Shown here one piece after another: positions 10,703 through 15,819 of a DNA stretch of 15,819 nucleotides. Under the pieces are notes generated by a model that was not told where the DNA came from, did no database searches, and was given only the letters and a program-made list of their open reading frames with translations. Made by a program: the position numbers and the translations under genes. The stretch lies in IMG/VR virus record IMGVR_UViG_2802429219_000001; one strand, given 5' to 3'. How positions within the stretch are numbered: the first letter of the stretch is position 1; every line of letters begins with the position of its first letter. This DNA comes from a virus (Duplodnaviria; Heunggongvirae; Uroviricota; Caudoviricetes).

Positions 10703-11443
10703 ATGCCTGTACCAAATCCAACAATGCCGGTGAAAGGTGCCGGGACCACACTGTGGGTTTATAAGGGGAACGGTGACCCTTATGCGAACCCGCTTTCAGA
10801 CGTTGACTGGTCGCGTCTGGCAAAAGTTAAAGACCTGACGCCCGGCGAACTGACCGCTGAGTCCTATGACGACAGCTATCTCGATGATGAGGATGCGGAC
10901 TGGACTGCGACCGGGCAGGGGCAGAAATCTGCCGGAGATACCAGCTTCACGCTGGCGTGGATGCCCGGAGAGCAGGGGCAGCAGGCGCTGCTGGCGTGGT
11001 TTAATGAAGGTGATACCCGTGCCTATAAAATCCGCTTTCCGAACGGCACGGTCGATGTGTTCCGTGGCTGGGTCAGCAGTATCGGTAAGGCGGTGACGGC
11101 GAAGGAAGTGATCACCCGCACGGTGAAGGTCACCAATGTGGGACGCCCGTCGATGGCTGAAGATCGCAGTACGGTGACGGCGGCAACCGGCATGACGGTA
11201 ACGCCAGCCAGTGCGTCCGTAGTGAAAGGGCAGAGCACCACGCTGACCGTGGCATTCCAGCCGGAAGGCGTAACCGACAAGAGCTTCCGTGCGGTGTCTT
11301 CGGATAAAACAAAAGCCACCGTGTCGGTCAGTGGTATGACCATCACCGTGAACGGCGTTGCCGCAGGCAAGGTCAACATTCCGGTTGTATCCGGTAATGG
11401 TGAGTTTGCTGCGGTTGCAGAAATCACCGTCACCGCCAGCTAA
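10703..11443 (+). CDS. V: Major tail tube protein gpV, with C-terminal Ig-like (Big_2-type) domain
   Basis: ATG at 10703 preceded by GAGGA. 246-aa product [42 protein letters not shown]…AEITVTAS matches lambda gpV. The track ORF start at 10673 is an upstream in-frame extension. Confidence 0.95.
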   Translation: MPVPNPTMPVKGAGTTLWVYKGNGDPYANPLSDVDWSRLAKVKDLTPGELTAESYDDSYLDDEDADWTATGQGQKSAGDTSFTLAWMPGEQGQQALLAWFNEGDTRAYKIRFPNGTVDVFRGWVSSIGKAVTAKEVITRTVKVTNVGRPSMAEDRSTVTAATGMTVTPASASVVKGQSTTLTVAFQPEGVTDKSFRAVSSDKTKATVSVSGMTITVNGVAAGKVNIPVVSGNGEFAAVAEITVTAS

Positions 11444-11458
11444 TCCGGAGAGTCAGCG

Positions 11459-11881
11459 ATGTTCCTGAAAACCGAATCATTTGAATATAACGGCGTGACC
11501 GTCACGCTTTCTGAACTGTCAGCCCTGCAGCGTATTGAGCATCTTGCCTGGTTGAAAGAGCAGGAAAAAAAGGCTGAATCCAGCGGCAACCTGCAGGTGT
11601 CTGTAGAGGATCTTATCAGAGGCGGGGCGTTTCTGGTGGCGATGTCTCTGTGGCATAACCATCCGCAGAAGACAAAGCTGCCGTCCATGAATGAAGCCAT
11701 TACGCAGATTGAGCAGGAAGTGCTTACCACCTGGCCCACGGAGGCAATTGCTCAGGCTGAAAACGTGGTGTTACGTCTGTCCGGAATGTCTGAGTTTGTG
11801 GTGAATAATTCCCCTGAACAGGCAGATGACGCCGGGCCTGCAGAGCCTGTTTCTGCGGGAAAGTGTTCGACGGTGAGCTGA
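11459..11881 (+). CDS. G: Tail assembly chaperone gpG
   Basis: 140-aa product MFLKTESFEYNGVTVTLSELSALQRIEHLAWLKEQEKK…SAGKCSTVS matches lambda gpG. Contains the slippery heptamer GGGAAAG at 11857-11863 near its 3' end. Confidence 0.94.
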   Translation: MFLKTESFEYNGVTVTLSELSALQRIEHLAWLKEQEKKAESSGNLQVSVEDLIRGGAFLVAMSLWHNHPQKTKLPSMNEAITQIEQEVLTTWPTEAIAQAENVVLRLSGMSEFVVNNSPEQADDAGPAEPVSAGKCSTVS

Positions 11882-12297
11882 GTTTTGCCCTGAAACTGGC
11901 GCGTGAGATGGGGCGACCCGACTGGCGCGCCATGCTTGCCGGGATGTCATCCACGGAGTATGCCGACTGGCACCGTTTTTACAGTACCCATTATTTTCAT
12001 GATGTTCTGCTGGATATGCACTTTTCCGGGCTGACGTACACCGTGCTCAGCCTGTTTTTCAGCGATCCGGAGATGCATCCGCTGGATTTCAGTCTGCTGA
12101 ATCGGCGCGAGGCTGACGAAGAGCCTGAAGATGATGTGCTGATGCAGAAAGCGGCAGGGCTTGCCGGAGGCGTTCGTTTTGGCCCGGACGGGAATGAAGT
12201 TATCCCCGCTTCCCCGTATGTGGCGGACATGACGGAGGATGACGTAATGCTGATGACAGTATCAGAAGGGATCGCAGGAGGAGTCCGGTATGGCTGA
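11459..12297 (+). CDS. T: Tail assembly chaperone fusion gpG-T, produced by a programmed -1 ribosomal frameshift at GGGAAAG (11857-11863)
   Basis: The -1 frame after the heptamer reads …KVFDGELSFALKLAREMGRPDWRAMLAGMSSTEYADWHRF… to a stop at 12295-12297, matching the lambda T extension. The track shows this frame as ORF 11863..12297. Confidence 0.88.
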
Positions 12298-14869
12298 ACC
12301 GGTAGGCGATCTGGTCGTTGATTTAAGTCTGGATGCGGCCAGATTTGACGAGCAGATGGCCAGAGTCAGGCGTCATTTTTCCGGTACGGAAAGTGATGCG
12401 AAAAAAACAGCGGCAGTCGTTGAACAGTCAATGAACCGGCAGGCGCTGGCTGCACAGAAAGCGGGGATTTCCGTCGGGCAGTATAAAGCTGCCATGCGTA
12501 TGCTGCCTGCGCAGTTCACCGACGTGGCCACGCAGCTTGCAGGGGGGCAGAATCCGTGGCTCATCCTGCTGCAACAGGGTGGTCAGGTGAAGGACTCCTT
12601 CGGCGGGATGATCCCCATGTTCAGGGGGCTTGCCGGTGCGATCACCCTGCCGATGGTTGGTATCACTTCGCTGGCGGTGGCGACCGGTGCGCTGGCGTAT
12701 GCCTGGTATCAGGGTGACTCAACCCTGTCCAATTTCAATAAAACGCTGGTCCTTTCCGGTAATCAGGCGGGACTGACGGCAGATCGTATGCTGGCCCTGT
12801 CCAGAGCCGGGCAGGCGGCAGGGCTGACGTTTAACCAGACCAGCGAGTCACTGACGGCGCTGGTGAATGCCGGTGTGCGTGGTGGTGAGCAGTTTGAGGC
12901 AATCAGCCAGAGTGTGGCGCGTTTCTCCTCTGCATCCGGCGTGGAGGTGGACAAGGTCGCTGAAGCCTTCGGGAAGCTGACCACTGACCCGACGTCTGGG
13001 TTGACGGCGATGGCGCGCCAGTTCCATAACGTGACGGCGGAACAGATTGCGTATGTTGCTCAGTTGCAGCGTTCCGGCGATGGGGCCGGGGCATTGCAGG
13101 CGGCGAACGAGGCCGCAACGAAAGGGTTTGATGACCAGACCCGTAAACTGAAAGATAACATGGGTACGCTGGAGACCTGGGCAGACAAGACTGCACAGGC
13201 ATTCAAATCCATGTGGGATGCGGTGCTGGATATTGGTCGCCCGGACTCCTCTGCAGATATGCTCGCCAAAGCTGAAAAGGCTTTTGATGAAGCGGATAAA
13301 AAATGGCAGTGGTATCAGAGCCGAAGCCACCGGCGCGGTAAAACGTCAGCATTTCTTGCCAATCTCCGGGGGGCATGGGAGAAGAGAGAGAATGCGCGAC
13401 TTGGGCTTTCAGCCGCCACGTTGCAGGCCGATCTTGAAAAGGCCAGTGAGATGGCAGCAAAAGATCGGGCCGAGTCTGAGGCATCACGGCTGAAATATAC
13501 CGAAGAGGCGCAGAAGGCTTACGAACGCCTGCAGACACCGCTGGAGAAATATACCGCCCGCCAGGAGGAACTGAATAAGGCACTGAAAGACGGAAAAATC
13601 CTGCAGGCAGATTACAACACGCTGATGGCGGCGGCGAAAAAGGACTATGAAGCGACGCTGAAAAAGCCGAAGCAGTCCGGCGTGAAAGTGTCTGCGGGCG
13701 ATCGTCAGGAAGACAGTGCTCATGCTGCCCTGCTGACGCTTCAGGCAGAACTCCGGACACTGGAGAAGCATGCCGGAGCGAATGAGAAAATCAGCCAGCA
13801 GCGCCGGGATTTGTGGAAGGCGGAAAGTCAGTTCGCGGTACTGGAGGAGGCGGCGCAACGTCGCCAGCTGTCCGCACAGGAGAAATCCCTGCTGGCGCAT
13901 AAAGATGAGACGCTGGAGTACAAACGCCAGCTGGCTGCACTTGGCGATAAGGTCACGTATCAGGAGCACCTGAACGCGCTGGCGCAGCAGGCGGATAAAT
14001 TCGCACAGCAGCAACGGGCAAAACGGGCAGCCATTGAGGCGAAAAACCGGGGGCTGACTGACCGGCAGGCAGCGCGGGACGCCACGGAACAGCGCCTGAA
14101 GGAACAGTATGGCGATAATCCGCTGGCGCTGAATAGCGTCATGTCAGAGCAGAAAAAGACCTGGGCGGCTGAAGACCAGCTTCGCGGGAGCTGGATGGCA
14201 GGCCTCAGGTCAGGCTGGAGTGAGTGGGAAGAGAGCGCCACGGACAGTATGTCGCAGGTTAAAAGTGCAGCCACGCAGACCTTTGATGGTATTGCACAGA
14301 ATATGGCGGCGATGCTGACCGGCAGTGAACAGAACTGGCGCAGCTTCACCCGTTCCGTGCTGTCCATGATGACAGAAATTCTGCTTAAGCAGGCAATGGT
14401 GGGGATTGTCGGGAGTATCGGCAGCGCCATTGGCGGGGCTGTTGGTGGCGGCGCATCCGCGTCAGGCGGTACAGCCATTCAGGCCGCTGCGGCGAAATTC
14501 CATTTTGCAACCGGAGGATTTACGGGAACCGGCGGCAAATATGAGCCAGCGGGGATTGTTCACCGTGGTGAGTTTGTCTTCACGAAGGAGGCAACCAGCC
14601 GGATTGGCGTGGGGAATCTTTACCGGCTGATGCGCGGCTATGCCACCGGCGGTTATGTCGGTACACCGGGCAGCATGGCAGACAGCCGGTCGCAGGCGTC
14701 CGGGACGTTTGAGCAGAATAACCATGTGGTGATTAACAACGACGGCACGAACGGGCAGATAGGTCCGGCTGCTCTGAAGGCGGTGTATGACATGGCCCGC
14801 AAGGGTGCCCGTGATGAAATTCAGACACAGATGCGTGATGGTGGCCTGTTCTCCGGAGGTGGACGATGA
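12290..14869 (+). CDS. H: Tail tape measure protein gpH
   Basis: 859-aa product MAEPVGDLVVDLSLDAARFDEQMARVRRHFSGTESDAKK…GGLFSGGGR with coiled-coil-rich middle and Gly/Ala-rich C-terminal region, matching lambda gpH. About 6 aa longer than lambda H (853 aa) by coordinate arithmetic. Overlaps the G-T 3' end. Confidence 0.95.
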   Translation: MAEPVGDLVVDLSLDAARFDEQMARVRRHFSGTESDAKKTAAVVEQSMNRQALAAQKAGISVGQYKAAMRMLPAQFTDVATQLAGGQNPWLILLQQGGQVKDSFGGMIPMFRGLAGAITLPMVGITSLAVATGALAYAWYQGDSTLSNFNKTLVLSGNQAGLTADRMLALSRAGQAAGLTFNQTSESLTALVNAGVRGGEQFEAISQSVARFSSASGVEVDKVAEAFGKLTTDPTSGLTAMARQFHNVTAEQIAYVAQLQRSGDGAGALQAANEAATKGFDDQTRKLKDNMGTLETWADKTAQAFKSMWDAVLDIGRPDSSADMLAKAEKAFDEADKKWQWYQSRSHRRGKTSAFLANLRGAWEKRENARLGLSAATLQADLEKASEMAAKDRAESEASRLKYTEEAQKAYERLQTPLEKYTARQEELNKALKDGKILQADYNTLMAAAKKDYEATLKKPKQSGVKVSAGDRQEDSAHAALLTLQAELRTLEKHAGANEKISQQRRDLWKAESQFAVLEEAAQRRQLSAQEKSLLAHKDETLEYKRQLAALGDKVTYQEHLNALAQQADKFAQQQRAKRAAIEAKNRGLTDRQAARDATEQRLKEQYGDNPLALNSVMSEQKKTWAAEDQLRGSWMAGLRSGWSEWEESATDSMSQVKSAATQTFDGIAQNMAAMLTGSEQNWRSFTRSVLSMMTEILLKQAMVGIVGSIGSAIGGAVGGGASASGGTAIQAAAAKFHFATGGFTGTGGKYEPAGIVHRGEFVFTKEATSRIGVGNLYRLMRGYATGGYVGTPGSMADSRSQASGTFEQNNHVVINNDGTNGQIGPAALKAVYDMARKGARDEIQTQMRDGGLFSGGGR

Positions 14870-15195
14870 AGACCTTCCGCTGGAAAGTGAAACCCGGTAT
14901 GGATGTGGCTTCGGTCCCTTCTGTAAGAAAGGTGCGCTTTGGTGATGGCTATTCCCAGCGAGCGCCTGCCGGGCTGAATGCCAACCTGAAAACGTACAGC
15001 GTGATGCTTTCTGTCCCCCGTGAGGAGGCCACGGTACTGGAGTCGTTTCTGGAAGAGCACGGGGGCTGGAAATCCTTTCTGTGGACGCCGCCTTATGAGT
15101 GGCGGCAGATAAAGGTGACCTGCGCAAAATGGTCGTCGCGGGTCAGTATGCTGCGTGTTGAGTTCAGCGCAGAGTTTGAACAGGTGGTGAACTGA
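14866..15195 (+). CDS. M: Minor tail protein gpM
   Basis: 109-aa product MKTFRWKVKPGMDVASVPSVRKVRFGDGYSQRAPAGLNANLKTYSVMLSV… matches lambda gpM. ATGA overlap with the H stop. Confidence 0.95.
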   Translation: MKTFRWKVKPGMDVASVPSVRKVRFGDGYSQRAPAGLNANLKTYSVMLSVPREEATVLESFLEEHGGWKSFLWTPPYEWRQIKVTCAKWSSRVSMLRVEFSAEFEQVVN

Positions 15196-15819
15196 TGCAG
15201 GATATCCGACAGGAAACACTGAATGAATGCACCCGTGCGGAGCAGTCTGCCTGCGTGGTGCTCTGGGAAATCGATCTGACAGAGGTCGGTGGAGAACGTT
15301 ATTTTTTCTGTAATGAGCAGAACGAAAAAGGTGAGCCGGTCACCTGGCAGGGGCGACAGTATCAGCCGTATCCCATTCAGGGGAGCGGTTTTGAACTGAA
15401 TGGCAAAGGCACCAGTACGCGCCCCACGCTGACGGTTTCTAACCTGTACGGTATGGTCACCGGGATGGCGGAAGATATGCAGAGTCTGGTCGGCGGAACG
15501 GTGGTCCGGCGTAAGGTTTACGCCCGTTTTCTGGATGCGGTGAACTTCGTCAACGGAAACAGTTACGCCGATCCGGAGCAGGAGGTGATCAGCCGCTGGC
15601 GCATTGAGCAGTGCAGCGAACTGAGCGCGGTGAGTGCCTCTTTTGTACTGTCCACGCCGACGGAAACGGATGGCGCTGTTTTTCCGGGACGTATCATGCT
15701 GGCCAACACCTGCACCTGGACCTATCGCGGTGACGAGTGCGGTTATAGCGGTCCGGCTGTCGCGGATGAATATGACCAGCCAACGTCCGATATCACGAAG
15801 GATAAATGCAGCAAATGCC
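15195..15819 (+). CDS. L: Minor tail protein gpL, 3'-partial (runs off the end of the window)
   Basis: ATG at 15195 overlaps the M stop (ATGA). The frame is open to the window end and translates MQDIRQETLNECTRAEQSACVVLWEIDLTEVGGERYFFCNEQNEKGEPVTWQGRQYQPYPIQGSGFELNGKGTSTRPTLTVSNLYGMV…, matching lambda gpL. Absent from the ORF track because no stop lies in the window. Confidence 0.9.
   Translation, partial: MQDIRQETLNECTRAEQSACVVLWEIDLTEVGGERYFFCNEQNEKGEPVTWQGRQYQPYPIQGSGFELNGKGTSTRPTLTVSNLYGMVTGMAEDMQSLVGGTVVRRKVYARFLDAVNFVNGNSYADPEQEVISRWRIEQCSELSAVSASFVLSTPTETDGAVFPGRIMLANTCTWTYRGDECGYSGPAVADEYDQPTSDITKDKCSKC

Noticed and set aside
12763-15219. Long minus-strand ORFs inside H and M (for example 12848..13330, 13203..13760, 13484..14014, 13960..14478, 14462..15127, 14821..15219)
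   Set aside because: Antisense shadow ORFs in the low-complexity, coiled-coil-encoding tape measure gene. Their products are Arg/Leu/Pro-rich and low-complexity, and they overlap H/M, which matches lambda end to end.

Overview
This window is the late (lysis-to-morphogenesis) region of a lambda-like prophage, collinear with phage lambda gene by gene, most likely in an E. coli/Shigella-type host. Reading left to right: an IS-element terminus (1-127) abutting a 5'-truncated phage-21/DLP12-type endolysin fragment; lambda-type spanins Rz and embedded Rz1; the bor lipoprotein moron on the minus strand; an internal cos site (cosN 1741-1752 with three CGTTTCC cosB repeats); terminase Nu1 and A; head genes W, B, C with nested Nu3, D, E, FI, FII; tail genes Z, U, V, G and the G-T frameshift product, H, M and the start of L. 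Gene identifications rest on reading the supplied translations against remembered lambda proteins and coordinates, not on any search. I do not see a novel system here: coding density is near-complete and every sizeable ORF is accounted for by a known lambdoid late gene or is an antisense shadow ORF. The observations most worth a second look are the IS-disrupted endolysin, a bor-to-cos spacer about 1.3 kb shorter than in lambda, two terminator-like hairpins bracketing the major capsid gene, and small indels relative to lambda in C, FI and H.
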